Shown: positions 33,070 to 42,952, counted from the stretch's first letter. The stretch: 64,000 bases of DNA from an uncultured virus (IMG/VR IMGVR_UViG_3300021197_001811) (IMGVR_UViG_3300021197_001811); one strand, 5' to 3'. The notes: generated by a model not told the origin, from the letters alone. A program made the numbers and translations.

Positions 33070-33164
33070 TGTGGTTTCTCCTAGGTGTTTGTAAAAAAGA
33101 TATAAAAAAGATATTTTACACTATATTTCATTAATAAATAGTCCGATTGTGAGCAAAAAAGATA

Positions 33165-33413
33165 TTATTTTTTGCAATATTTAGAAAGTTTCTCTAGTGC
33201 TCTTTGTTCAATTTGTCGTATTCTAACGAAACTAAGTCCGATTCTTTTACCCGTCTCCATTAATGTTAGCCTTTCGCCTCCATTGTTCCGTATAGAAATC
33301 AAACAACAGTTGTTATCCTCCTCGTAGTCTATCCATTTCCTGCATTCTTTTTCCTTACAGGGCGAGTCATCATTATAACACGCTCTTGCGCAGTCTGTCA
33401 AGCCATCACTCAT
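33165..33413 (-). CDS. Cys-rich protein with sigma70 region-4 HTH
   Basis: LTLMETGKRIGLSFVRIRQIEQRALEKL. Confidence 0.8.
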   Translation of the reverse strand: MSDGLTDCARACYNDDSPCKEKECRKWIDYEEDNNCCLISIRNNGGERLTLMETGKRIGLSFVRIRQIEQRALEKLSKYCKK

Positions 33414-33751
33414 AAATCTGGAAGCTCCTTTGCTATCATATCGAATATTTCTTCTTTTTCATTGTCGTCGAAAATGAAGAGTCTCTTAATCTGTTCTCCC
33501 TCTTCTATCAGGTTTCGCGTCTTACTGATTCTAGTTTTACCTTGTCGTGCAAGGGCATACTTCACATCTGTAATGAAGTCCACGATACGAGGATCGTTGT
33601 CTATATAACCAGCCATCATCGACTGGAAGAACTGAATCTGAGTTAAGCCGTCATGACGTAGTCTGATTTTCAAGTCGGCGTGGCGCTTATCTAAATCTTG
33701 GAATACAATCTTTTTGCCTTCTTGGCCGTATTTGTACGTATTATCTCCCAT
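33410..33751 (-). CDS. hypothetical protein
   Basis: coupled ORF. Confidence 0.6.
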   Translation of the reverse strand: MGDNTYKYGQEGKKIVFQDLDKRHADLKIRLRHDGLTQIQFFQSMMAGYIDNDPRIVDFITDVKYALARQGKTRISKTRNLIEEGEQIKRLFIFDDNEKEEIFDMIAKELPDL

Positions 33752-34739
33752 TTAGTATATGCGTCCCACTTTCCACAATGCTGGCGCTGGTTTGCTTGAT
33801 AAAGCTAGCCCTTGCTTGAAACTCCTTGATAGAGCGGGCTCCACTGTAAGATAAGCCGCTCCTTATGTTTTGTCTTAGCCCGTCCATAATAGAGACTACG
33901 GAACCCTTGTACGGGATGGTTGTCGACACACCCTCTAAAGACCTTGCTTCGCCTCTCCAGTCGACTTGTGCTTCGACACTTGCCATCCCTCTATATACTT
34001 TATATTTCTTGTCATCTCCGGTAACAAAAACTTGACCTGGAGATTCATCTGTGCCGGCCAACATTGAGCCAAGCATAACGAAGTCTGCCCCTGCTGCGAT
34101 AGCTTTCACCATATCGCCGGCTGTCTTGATTCCGCCATCTGCAATAATCTTAGCATCAGCGTCGACATACTTGCAATCTAAAACAGATTGGAAGGTAGGA
34201 ACGCCGTGGCCAGTTTGAATCCTTGTCGAACATATGGACCCTCCACCGATACCAATTCTAACTGCATCAGCACCCCACTCTGAAAGATCTTTGTAACCCT
34301 CTGGTGTTGCAACATTGCCTGCTATGATCGTTAGTTCATCCCCATATGTGTCTTTAAGGTATTTTAAAGAGGCTTCCATCATCGAATGGTGTCCGTGAGC
34401 CACGTCAACACAGACGATCTCTAAGCCGGCCTCCTTAAGTATCTTTACTCTTTCTTTGAAATCTCCAGAAACTCCAACAGCAGCCGCATTAATCAGGGCG
34501 CTCACCATTGTGCGCTGCTCATCGACGGAAGCATACCTATGTACGATTCCAAGAGCACCCAACTCCCTCATAGTGAGAGCCATAGTGGATTCTGTAACAG
34601 TATCCATAGGACTAGAAATTATTGGAAGGTCAAAACTGTGCTTTCCCATTGTTGATGTCAGGTCAACCTCTGATCTGCTGACTATGTCACTTTTTTGTGG
34701 CACCAAAAGCACATCATCAAAACTAAGTGTCTCCCTCAT
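33741..34739 (-). CDS. IMPDH/GMP reductase family (no CBS domains)
   Basis: [47 protein letters not shown]. Confidence 0.92.
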   Translation of the reverse strand: MRETLSFDDVLLVPQKSDIVSRSEVDLTSTMGKHSFDLPIISSPMDTVTESTMALTMRELGALGIVHRYASVDEQRTMVSALINAAAVGVSGDFKERVKILKEAGLEIVCVDVAHGHHSMMEASLKYLKDTYGDELTIIAGNVATPEGYKDLSEWGADAVRIGIGGGSICSTRIQTGHGVPTFQSVLDCKYVDADAKIIADGGIKTAGDMVKAIAAGADFVMLGSMLAGTDESPGQVFVTGDDKKYKVYRGMASVEAQVDWRGEARSLEGVSTTIPYKGSVVSIMDGLRQNIRSGLSYSGARSIKEFQARASFIKQTSASIVESGTHILNGR

Positions 34740-35007
34740 TCCTATCTCCTTCCAGTTTTTCCATTATCTCGCCCAAAAGCTCATTGGCGTGGTCCCAGCA
34801 AGTTGGACAATATAGATTAACTCTTTTTTCCTTGTCTCTCACCACCACTCTCCATGATTGTACCTGATCTTTATCCTTTTTGTCAAATGGTTTCTCACAC
34901 ATATTGCAATTATCTGGTACTTTGTTGAAGAGTCCGACCTTTTCCGCCATATCTTTCTTGGCTTCCTTCTCTTTCTTTCTCTGCAACTTTCTAGATACCG
35001 AAGCCAT
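34723..35007 (-). CDS. small CxxC zinc-binding protein
   Basis: CNMC...CPTC. Confidence 0.6.
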   Translation of the reverse strand: MASVSRKLQRKKEKEAKKDMAEKVGLFNKVPDNCNMCEKPFDKKDKDQVQSWRVVVRDKEKRVNLYCPTCWDHANELLGEIMEKLEGDRNEGDT

Positions 35008-35456
35008 TAGAAGTCTCCAGTAGAACCAAGAGCGCCTGTGCCTCTTGCTGTGGTTCCGCCATAGATGTTGTCCTCTGAGATCTCTATCAACATTGGTTGC
35101 TCGATCTTGACGAAGACTCCTTGTGCTATCTTTTGGCCTGGCTCAACTACCTGAGCGCGCTCTCCAATGTTGTGGAGATTGACAAAGAGTTCTCCATCAT
35201 ATCCAGAGTCAACGACACAGGCACCAGTTACTAGCTGCTTCTTTGAAGCGATGCCTGACTTGTTCTTTACTTCAAGCATATAGCCCTCAGGCACCTCGAT
35301 CTTAAGACCGGTCTGCAGTAGACAGGTCCTAGAGCCACGCACCGTTACTGGCTCTTCGTTGTCCGGACAGAAGAATAGGTCCATGCCTGCATCTGTCGGG
35401 TGTGCCCTGACGGGCAGCTTTGCGTTCTCTCTAACTTTGTAAACATTAACTTTCAT
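35007..35456 (-). CDS. dut: dUTPase
   Basis: DAGMDL, KSG, VVDSGYDGE, IAQ, RG.GALGSTG. Confidence 0.95.
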   Translation of the reverse strand: MKVNVYKVRENAKLPVRAHPTDAGMDLFFCPDNEEPVTVRGSRTCLLQTGLKIEVPEGYMLEVKNKSGIASKKQLVTGACVVDSGYDGELFVNLHNIGERAQVVEPGQKIAQGVFVKIEQPMLIEISEDNIYGGTTARGTGALGSTGDF

Positions 35457-36297
35457 TATTCAACTCCTTTTCGTGATGCTTAATAAACAACTCTTCTTCT
35501 CTCGTTGTCTCGTGTCCTGCTATCCTTGCCAACCATTCGTTCCATTCGGAAAGCAACATATCACCCTTTCTAGCATTGCACCCAAAACAGCAAGGTGTGA
35601 CATTCTCCATCGTATATCCCTTGCTGCTGTCCATCCTGTCTAATCCTATTGTCTCAATGTCTGTTCCACAATAAGTGCACGGTTTCTGCCAAAAAAACTC
35701 GAATTGCTCCCTTGTTAAGCGGAATTCGTAGCCTCTTCTTTTTGCGTCACGTTTATACGAACTGAGTTTTCCTGCTGGTGTTTGGTTATATGCTTTCTGT
35801 CGTGCTATCACGTCCTCTTTGTTTGCTTCGTAATGTGCTTTGTTATATACTTTCTGTCGTGCTGCGATTTTCTCTTTGTTTGCTTCGCGATATGCTTTTT
35901 TTTGTGCTGCGATTTCCTCTTTGTTTGCTTCGCGATATGCTTTCTTTTGTGCTAGCACGTCCTCTTTGTTTGCTTCGTAATATGCTTTGTCTCGTGCTGC
36001 GATTTTCTCTTTGTTTGCTTCGCGATATGCTTTCCGTTGTGCTAGCACGTCCTCTTTGTTTGCTTTGTTATATACTTTATGTCGTGCTGCGATTTTCTCT
36101 TTGTTTGCTTCGCGATATGCTTTCTGTTGTGCTAGCACGGCCTCTCTGTTTGCTTCGTAATGTGCTTTCTGTCGTGCTAGCACGGCCTCTCTGTTTGCTT
36201 CGCGATATGCTTTTCTTTGTGCTGCGATTTCCTCTTTGTTTGCTTCGCGATATGCTTTGTTGTATGCTCGCCTTTCCTCTTTGGTTTTGTACGGCAT
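35446..36297 (-). CDS. HNH-type endonuclease with N-terminal 15-aa tandem repeats
   Basis: CTYCG...GLDR...GY..ENV.PCC..CN..KG. Confidence 0.8.
   Translation of the reverse strand: MPYKTKEERRAYNKAYREANKEEIAAQRKAYREANREAVLARQKAHYEANREAVLAQQKAYREANKEKIAARHKVYNKANKEDVLAQRKAYREANKEKIAARDKAYYEANKEDVLAQKKAYREANKEEIAAQKKAYREANKEKIAARQKVYNKAHYEANKEDVIARQKAYNQTPAGKLSSYKRDAKRRGYEFRLTREQFEFFWQKPCTYCGTDIETIGLDRMDSSKGYTMENVTPCCFGCNARKGDMLLSEWNEWLARIAGHETTREEELFIKHHEKELNNES
35797..36258 (-). repeat. 45-nt coding tandem repeat, about 10 copies (KAYREANKEKIAAQR)
   Basis: read directly in DNA and protein. Confidence 0.95.
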
Positions 36298-36300
36298 TTC

Positions 36301-39300
36301 TTACCCCAACATCCTAAAATTTGCGCTCATTCTTCTCGTACTGAAACCCCACTGTGGATTCCAGTCTAATTTCATCATATAGGGTCGGTTTACTCTTACA
36401 ATATCCTTGTCCGGGCGTACACCCCAACATCGGATGGTGTTAGTCTCATTGTTGTCGTCGATAACTCTAACAATATAATAATCCTTGCCGTTCTTGGTCT
36501 TCTTCTTGATCACCTCTCTCGGGATACACCACACAACACCTCCCAAGTCTCCATCATATTCACTGATAGGAGGTACCATATACTTATCCAAAGACTCTCT
36601 GATCTTCTCCCCCATTACCAAGTCGAATGGGAAAACTCCAGTCAGATCAATCTGATACTGAATCTCCTCCTCTTCTGTGAAGTCCCCCTCTGGAGCATAC
36701 TTGTCTATGTTTTCAAGCAGGTTCTTCTCCTTTCGGGGCCTGTCAACAGCGACAGAACTCCAAAAGTGTTTTGTTCCTGTGAACCTCTCATCTACAAGAG
36801 GTTTTAAGGCACCTGCACGACAAAGAACGTCGAGAGCCTTCTTGTTCAGCTTTGAATAAATAATATCCTCGTTAAACAGGAATTCTTCTATAGTATTGAA
36901 CGGACGATTGTTCAATATCTGTTCAATCGCTTTCTCCCCAAGACCCTTAACTGAGGCCAAAGGCTGAATCAACGTCTTGCCATCTGGTGATATTTCCCAA
37001 ACCATCCCAGAAGTGTTTATGTCTAAGCGTGCAATCTCGAACCCAAGAGACTTGGAGATGTTGATCGCTTTCTCCTTGCGTGTTTCAGGCTCTTTATCGA
37101 GAAAAGCTGCAGTCCACTCTGATGGGTAGTAGTTGAGTAACCAGGCACACTGGAACGACAACATACAATACGAAATCGCGTGAGACTTATTGAAGCCATA
37201 ACCTGAGAAGTACTCAAAGGTCTCCCAAAGCTCTTTAGCCTCATGCTTCTTCATACCCTTCTCTAAGCAACCATCAAGAAACTTTGAAAAGATCTTATCC
37301 TTCTCTTCTTGAACCTCTCCGGTACCCTTCTTCGTCAAGAGCTTTCTAAGTTTGTTACCCTCGTCGAGAGACAAGTCTTTGCCAAGCTTGTGAGCCAGCA
37401 TAGCGATTTGCTCTTGAAAGATAAGGAATCCAAAAGTCTCCTCTGTAACATTGCGAGCCAAGTCGTTGACGTACTCTACATCATCCGGACTATTCTTAGC
37501 TGACACAAATTTCTTGTCAACATTTGCTCCTAACGGGCCTGGTCTATAAATACTGGTTATAGCAGACAACTCAATTAAGTTGCTTGGCTTAACTCTCTTA
37601 CAGAACTTCTGTGCGCCATCCTCTGTAAACTGGAAAATACCAGCCCACTTGCCCTTTTGGAAGATGTTCTTCCACACGTTTTGATCGTTTAAATCAATTT
37701 GATCAGGATGAAGTTTATCATTATAAAACTCTCTTACTTGGTCAAATGTCGGACTTTCAACACCCATATGTCTCTTGAGAATATGCCTGATAGCGCCCTC
37801 AATCATTCGCAAAGAGGCGAGACCCAACAAATCAAACTTAATGAAGCCCATGGGCTCTAGTTGTCGGACGTTCATTCCCTCGCTCCACGGGGTCTGACGT
37901 ACGCCACCAGATGCGATAAGAGGCATCCACTCATTCAAGTTTTCTCCAACAACGACCCCACCAGCATGTCTCGAACAAGATCTTACCTGTCCGTACAAAG
38001 ACTCAACGTGAGTCTTAATATGAGGATATTGTCTGAGGAATTTTTTTAGCGAATCCGAAAATTCCATTACCTCTTCAAATGTGGGAGTATAGACTCCTGA
38101 AGTGATCCCTTGCTTCTTCTTTGCCAAGGGAGTCGCTTCATAGATCATCTTACTGGTAACCGAGTTCACCTCTGTGAAGGGGACATCATAAAACTTAGAG
38201 ATATCTTTGATAAGAGATCGTAACTGTAACGTGTTCCAATTGGAGATGGGGACCACTGTGTTCTCACCCCACTCTTCAACTAACTCTTCCTTTAACTTCA
38301 TCGGTTCTGCTGTATCAAAGTCGATATCTGGGTAACCTGAGCCACCTTTTGTCAAAAACCTCTCAAACTGTAAACCATACTTTAAAGGGTCAACTTGAGT
38401 GATACCTAGGGCATAGGCGACCAGAGAACCAGCCGCAGAGCCCCTTCCAGCGCCCACTAATTGGGTCTCCTTGGCCCTATCTGCTATGGCCTTCATAGTT
38501 AAGAAGTATTTGCTAAACCCTCTGGAATCGATGACCTCTATCTCCAAAGCTGCCCTATCTAAATATTCTTTGTTGTCGGAGAGTCCAAGACTCCTTAAGC
38601 CTTCGGCTGTTAGCTTCTGTAGTGCCTCTCCCTCTGTCGTGTCTTGAGGTACAACAAAATCTGGTAGACGTACGGTGTTGTCTGGAAAGAAAGTTTCAAT
38701 TCTTTCGTGGGCGATCCTGTGAGTCTCGGTGATCGAGTTCTTTACAATGGTATCATCATAATCACATTGACACTCTTTCGAGTATTTCTTGTAGGACTCC
38801 CACATCTGGTCGCCGTTCTTTGGATAAAGTTCGTATCCAATCTCCTCAACATCGATAGGCAACTCTGCAGACATCCACTCTGGTCGCTTACCAAGCCACC
38901 CTAAACGCTTATAAAGCTCCCTGTCCTTCCACGCGGTCTTGTTTGGATAGTGACTATCTGCAGTAGAGATTAGCGGAAGACCGAACTCGTGGTGCATCTG
39001 AATGATATACCTGTTTAGGTCATGCTGTTCTGGTACATTGTTCCATTGCAGCTCACCATACCACCTGTCTCCGAAGACGGATTGCATCTTCTGTGTTGTA
39101 TTCCGGAAGGCGTTGATGATCTGGTCTTCACCCTTGTCACGGTTCTCCCAGTAGCAACCAGCGTACACTCCACCCAAGCAAGCAGACGCTGCGATGACGC
39201 CTTCGCTGTGCTTCTTAAGCAGTGCATAGTCGACGCGAGGATATCTATAGAAGTGCTCTTTGTCATAGCTTGACGAGATAAGCTTAAATATATTCTTTAA

Positions 39301-39732
39301 GCCGGTCGGGTTCTGGGCCAGCAAGATCAAGTGACGTCGACGATTAAGAATGTTCTTCATCGCCTTCTTTGACTCTTCGTTCTCGACAGTCGTCCCAGAT
39401 TGAGAATCATCAACCTTTTTCTTTTTGTCTTGTAACGCCTTCTCGTATTCAGTTCTCCAGTTTGCAACTGAAGGTAGGAAGTAAGCCTCTACTCCGAAGA
39501 TAGGCTTGAAGTCCTTGTTCTCCGCTTGCATCTTCTTTGCGTGTAGCACCTGATAAGCCAGTCCATTGGCATTACCATGATCTGTTAGTGCTAATGCATC
39601 CATCCCGTTCTGGTATGCAAAATCCATATGCTCTTGTGGGTACCCAAGAGCATCAAAGATGCTGCCTGCGACGGAGTGAGCGTGCAACCCAACAAATGGG
39701 ATTGTTGATTCGGTTCTATTAGAGGTCTGCAA
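36301..39732 (-). CDS. dnaE: DNA polymerase III alpha subunit (PHP plus family C polymerase)
   Basis: HAHS, TDHG, GRGSAAGSLVAY, PDIDFD, HAGGVV, KFDLLGL, YGFNKSH. Confidence 0.97.
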   Translation of the reverse strand: MQTSNRTESTIPFVGLHAHSVAGSIFDALGYPQEHMDFAYQNGMDALALTDHGNANGLAYQVLHAKKMQAENKDFKPIFGVEAYFLPSVANWRTEYEKALQDKKKKVDDSQSGTTVENEESKKAMKNILNRRRHLILLAQNPTGLKNIFKLISSSYDKEHFYRYPRVDYALLKKHSEGVIAASACLGGVYAGCYWENRDKGEDQIINAFRNTTQKMQSVFGDRWYGELQWNNVPEQHDLNRYIIQMHHEFGLPLISTADSHYPNKTAWKDRELYKRLGWLGKRPEWMSAELPIDVEEIGYELYPKNGDQMWESYKKYSKECQCDYDDTIVKNSITETHRIAHERIETFFPDNTVRLPDFVVPQDTTEGEALQKLTAEGLRSLGLSDNKEYLDRAALEIEVIDSRGFSKYFLTMKAIADRAKETQLVGAGRGSAAGSLVAYALGITQVDPLKYGLQFERFLTKGGSGYPDIDFDTAEPMKLKEELVEEWGENTVVPISNWNTLQLRSLIKDISKFYDVPFTEVNSVTSKMIYEATPLAKKKQGITSGVYTPTFEEVMEFSDSLKKFLRQYPHIKTHVESLYGQVRSCSRHAGGVVVGENLNEWMPLIASGGVRQTPWSEGMNVRQLEPMGFIKFDLLGLASLRMIEGAIRHILKRHMGVESPTFDQVREFYNDKLHPDQIDLNDQNVWKNIFQKGKWAGIFQFTEDGAQKFCKRVKPSNLIELSAITSIYRPGPLGANVDKKFVSAKNSPDDVEYVNDLARNVTEETFGFLIFQEQIAMLAHKLGKDLSLDEGNKLRKLLTKKGTGEVQEEKDKIFSKFLDGCLEKGMKKHEAKELWETFEYFSGYGFNKSHAISYCMLSFQCAWLLNYYPSEWTAAFLDKEPETRKEKAINISKSLGFEIARLDINTSGMVWEISPDGKTLIQPLASVKGLGEKAIEQILNNRPFNTIEEFLFNEDIIYSKLNKKALDVLCRAGALKPLVDERFTGTKHFWSSVAVDRPRKEKNLLENIDKYAPEGDFTEEEEIQYQIDLTGVFPFDLVMGEKIRESLDKYMVPPISEYDGDLGGVVWCIPREVIKKKTKNGKDYYIVRVIDDNNETNTIRCWGVRPDKDIVRVNRPYMMKLDWNPQWGFSTRRMSANFRMLG

Positions 39733-39919
39733 TGATAGTCTCCAAGTCTTCTTTAAGACCCTCTAGGTCTTCCCGTGTAGAATCCTTCGCAACACACAAG
39801 TTGTAAACAAAGGTTTGTTGATCTGTCGTCAAGTTCATATAATTATCTGGCCAGCCGATTGCGTCTTTGATAAACCACGGCACGTCATTGAATGCCTTTA
39901 ATTCTAAGTTCTTTTTCAT
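39719..39919 (-). CDS. hypothetical protein
   Basis: coupled ORF. Confidence 0.55.
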   Translation of the reverse strand: MKKNLELKAFNDVPWFIKDAIGWPDNYMNLTTDQQTFVYNLCVAKDSTREDLEGLKEDLETIIADL

Positions 39920-40788
39920 TCTTGTTCTCCAACTTTCTTGTATAACGACTTCTTAAATAATGTATCACTAGGCCTCTTGACTTCTTTACTTTCGTCTGAG
40001 GCCAAGTAACCATGTAGGCCCTCCCAAGAATCAATTCGATGATACCAGGGGATCTCTAGTGTTTGTTCTTTGTTTATTATAGCAGAACCAAAGATTTTGT
40101 CAAGTCCAAAAAACCTTGAAGACCATCTTTCTTTGGACGAAACACCTCGGTCTCCTCCAGTACAGCTCTGCTTTACATCTGCGACGTAAGTCTTATACTC
40201 TTCTGCATCAAAGGTGAATCCTAGATACTCTCCGTCCTTAATCGTCTTCCCATTGCTGGAGAGGAAGAACGGATTTCTGTGTGAGATTCTTTTCCTATGT
40301 TTGTAAATGCTCCAAGGCTGATATACTCCATAAGGAAAACTAACGTAATACCTGCTAGGGATTAGCCACTTGCTAATCTTGTCGCTCATAATGAATGCTG
40401 TGAGAGCACCGTGTAAAGCAGACCATCCCAAGCTATCCCTTCTATCGCGGTCTTTGGGGTGGATTGGTGTATAGAAAATAGGTATCTGTCGTCGAGCGCT
40501 GCTTGGATAGTTGACAAACTGAGCCTTGTCCATATAGTATGGGTCTTCTATATAGTCACCCATTCGGTGCTTAAGGAGTGGTTGCATGTCATCATTACAA
40601 ACTACCCATATCGTCTCGCATCCAGCGTATGCGCACTCCACAATAGACCTCTCGACAGCGAGATAGTTCTTAGCAATGGGTTGCATACTATCATGCCAAG
40701 GGAAGCCGAAGCCCAAGTCTGGACCGGCGACGGGGACAATGCCTGCTAAATGAAAGGCTTGAACATTTCCATTGCCAGCCTCAAGCAT
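39916..40788 (-). CDS. divergent sugar-phosphate nucleotidyltransferase-like protein
   Basis: GIVPVAG...MQPI...ERSI.ECAYAGCETIWVV resembles the NTP_transferase N-terminus. Confidence 0.55.
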   Translation of the reverse strand: MLEAGNGNVQAFHLAGIVPVAGPDLGFGFPWHDSMQPIAKNYLAVERSIVECAYAGCETIWVVCNDDMQPLLKHRMGDYIEDPYYMDKAQFVNYPSSARRQIPIFYTPIHPKDRDRRDSLGWSALHGALTAFIMSDKISKWLIPSRYYVSFPYGVYQPWSIYKHRKRISHRNPFFLSSNGKTIKDGEYLGFTFDAEEYKTYVADVKQSCTGGDRGVSSKERWSSRFFGLDKIFGSAIINKEQTLEIPWYHRIDSWEGLHGYLASDESKEVKRPSDTLFKKSLYKKVGEQE

Positions 40789-41566
40789 AATCCAATATTA
40801 CTTCTTCTGCTGTTAGGTCCATAAACTTAACTCTTTCTGAATCTTTATAACACCTCTTGCCGAGAGGCTCGACATAGCGGTAATCAGGCTCTACTTTAAC
40901 ATTATACTTTCTTTGTCTTCCGTCGTGAGTCAACCCGCTCTTCGCTCCGATGATTCCGTGAGCTGACATTTCTTTTTGTATCTTGAACTTTGCCATTGTT
41001 TCTGAGTTGTCAAACTCATCAAGCTCTTCCTTTCTTAGAAAAGAAACTGCTACCAAGTCCTTCTTGTTGTGGTTGCCATCTATTCTCTCTGACTTATAGA
41101 AATATATATGCCGGACAAAATCGTCTTCCGACCCCAAATAATCTATTCCGTGGGTTGTCCCTCTTCGGACATTCATCCAGTCGAACACTCGATAGTTATC
41201 GTGTGGCTCTTCTGTTATTTCATTTTCTACGGTTAGGTTATCGTCATCAAACACAAAGCATTTTTCAAACTTGATCTTCATACTCGTTCCGGGCTCGACT
41301 ACATTTGATATCACATCTTCATTTATTCTTAATGCCTGGACCTCTGGGCCAAAGGGTGAGAGACCTTCCAAGGAAAGATTAAAGGCGACTGCAAACCAAA
41401 GATGGCTCTTGTTTCTTATACTTTCGCCGCAGAAATCAACATCCATAGAGAGGTTGTCGAACCTGAAAGGTCTGCGGAGCGAGTTTATGATAATAGGGTA
41501 ATCATTATAATAAGAAAACAATAGCGCCTGTAGGCTAGAGCCTATAACAATATTCTTGTATTCCAT
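40781..41566 (-). CDS. hypothetical protein with degenerate Rossmann-like start
   Basis: IVIGSSLQAL. Confidence 0.45.
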   Translation of the reverse strand: MEYKNIVIGSSLQALLFSYYNDYPIIINSLRRPFRFDNLSMDVDFCGESIRNKSHLWFAVAFNLSLEGLSPFGPEVQALRINEDVISNVVEPGTSMKIKFEKCFVFDDDNLTVENEITEEPHDNYRVFDWMNVRRGTTHGIDYLGSEDDFVRHIYFYKSERIDGNHNKKDLVAVSFLRKEELDEFDNSETMAKFKIQKEMSAHGIIGAKSGLTHDGRQRKYNVKVEPDYRYVEPLGKRCYKDSERVKFMDLTAEEVILDYA

Positions 41567-41569
41567 ATT

Positions 41570-42952
41570 CTATAAACGCGGTCGACATACATCGTCTAGA
41601 ATTGTCATAAGACTCTCGAACATTTCGTCAGCGTCGTGAGTTAGGGCAAAGTTTCTTCCGCCTGAATGTACAGCTAGGTCGTCCCAACCATAGAACCCTC
41701 CGGCAAAGCTGAAGAGCTTTAGATTCTGTGTTGCATTGAGCGCGTCATCAACCCTATAGATGGTATTTGGCGGGAGCATATAGGTCCGCTCAACTTCATC
41801 TGAAAAGACAATGATGATCTTGTCTGCCTCCTGTCTCCAGTCTACTACAAAGTTTGCTAAAGGAGGAATAGATCTTACTCCGGGCTCCCATCTAGATTCA
41901 TCAAGATTGTTTGGAAGATTACCACTAACATTTCTTAATGCAAGGTACACTGCGTCGAGAAGCATCTCCATCCCACCATTATGAATTCTAGTAACTTCCC
42001 TGAACCTTTCGAGGAACTCCTGAAAGGCTGAGATGTTTGAAGCAAAGATTAAAGTTTCTTGATAAGCACCGGGAACATCCTCATGAGCTAGCCGTACTGG
42101 TCCCACGATCAATCCCCATCTGATTTGTTCGCTTGCCTGGAACTGCCTTGAGAAGCGCGCTAGCGCTTCCAGAGTAGCATCAATGCGTGCGCCCATAGAA
42201 CTAGACCAGTCTACGACAAACAGTATGTCTGTGTTTCTAATCGGGATACCCTGGTCGACGATGCCGTCGCAATCGTTATCTGCTCCGTCGCAAACCTCTT
42301 CTGAAGGGTGGGTTTCTCCGTCGCATGCGTCCGGAAGCCACTCACCTGAAGAATCTCCACCCCAATCTCCAGCTTGGCAAGTTTGCAGACCTGGTCTACA
42401 AGCTCCCACATTCGCGGTGTCCGGAGGTCCGGTGTAGCAGTGTCGTACGAGGCACTCATCGATTGAACCATCGCAATCGTTATCTAAGAAGTCGCAAATT
42501 TCTTCAGAAACAGGCGGCGCGGTACAGCCTAATATAGACCCACCTTCACAACTTCCGGTACCAGGACCGCAAGCAGTGTCACAAGAAAAAATACCTTCAT
42601 CTATACTCTCGTCACAATCATTGTCTTCGCCGTCACAAAGCTCTATCGAGCATGGCTCGCAGGGTCCGCGTCGGATGCGACCCTTGTCACACCACACGAT
42701 TCTGCGTCCGGGACTAAGGTTGTTTCTCTCGCAAGGTTCAGTATCGATTCTCTCTAGCCTGTCGCTAGGCGGACAAGCGAATGGCGAGGCATCGACAACG
42801 CGGGGAGCCGCGTCAGCGACCGAGACTACGATGGCGTCTCTAGCTTGCGCTGTGTCTCTATACGTCAGCTTAACGTCGGTAGTGACCGAAGGTGGACTGT
42901 CATCTGTGCAAGCAGCCGTCAGCACTATGGCGATGATCATAATTCTCTTCAT
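41570..42952 (-). CDS. lipoprotein with 3 Cys-rich MopE-like repeats and vWA domain
   Basis: lipobox TAAC; E.CD..DNDCD x3; MIDAS DWSSS. Confidence 0.85.
   Translation of the reverse strand: MKRIMIIAIVLTAACTDDSPPSVTTDVKLTYRDTAQARDAIVVSVADAAPRVVDASPFACPPSDRLERIDTEPCERNNLSPGRRIVWCDKGRIRRGPCEPCSIELCDGEDNDCDESIDEGIFSCDTACGPGTGSCEGGSILGCTAPPVSEEICDFLDNDCDGSIDECLVRHCYTGPPDTANVGACRPGLQTCQAGDWGGDSSGEWLPDACDGETHPSEEVCDGADNDCDGIVDQGIPIRNTDILFVVDWSSSMGARIDATLEALARFSRQFQASEQIRWGLIVGPVRLAHEDVPGAYQETLIFASNISAFQEFLERFREVTRIHNGGMEMLLDAVYLALRNVSGNLPNNLDESRWEPGVRSIPPLANFVVDWRQEADKIIIVFSDEVERTYMLPPNTIYRVDDALNATQNLKLFSFAGGFYGWDDLAVHSGGRNFALTHDADEMFESLMTILDDVCRPRL

Noticed and set aside
35797..36258. 45-nt repeats as CRISPR or a DGR template/variable repeat
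   Set aside because: They are contiguous in-frame coding repeats with no spacers, differences are not adenine-specific, and no reverse transcriptase is seen.
28101..39732. Cellular (bacterial chromosome) origin suggested by groEL, clpP, dnaE and guaB-like genes
   Set aside because: Single-strand coding, baseplate and tape-measure genes, gp32/gp41/UvsX-type replisome, dense small ORFs and no ribosomal or core operons indicate a phage.
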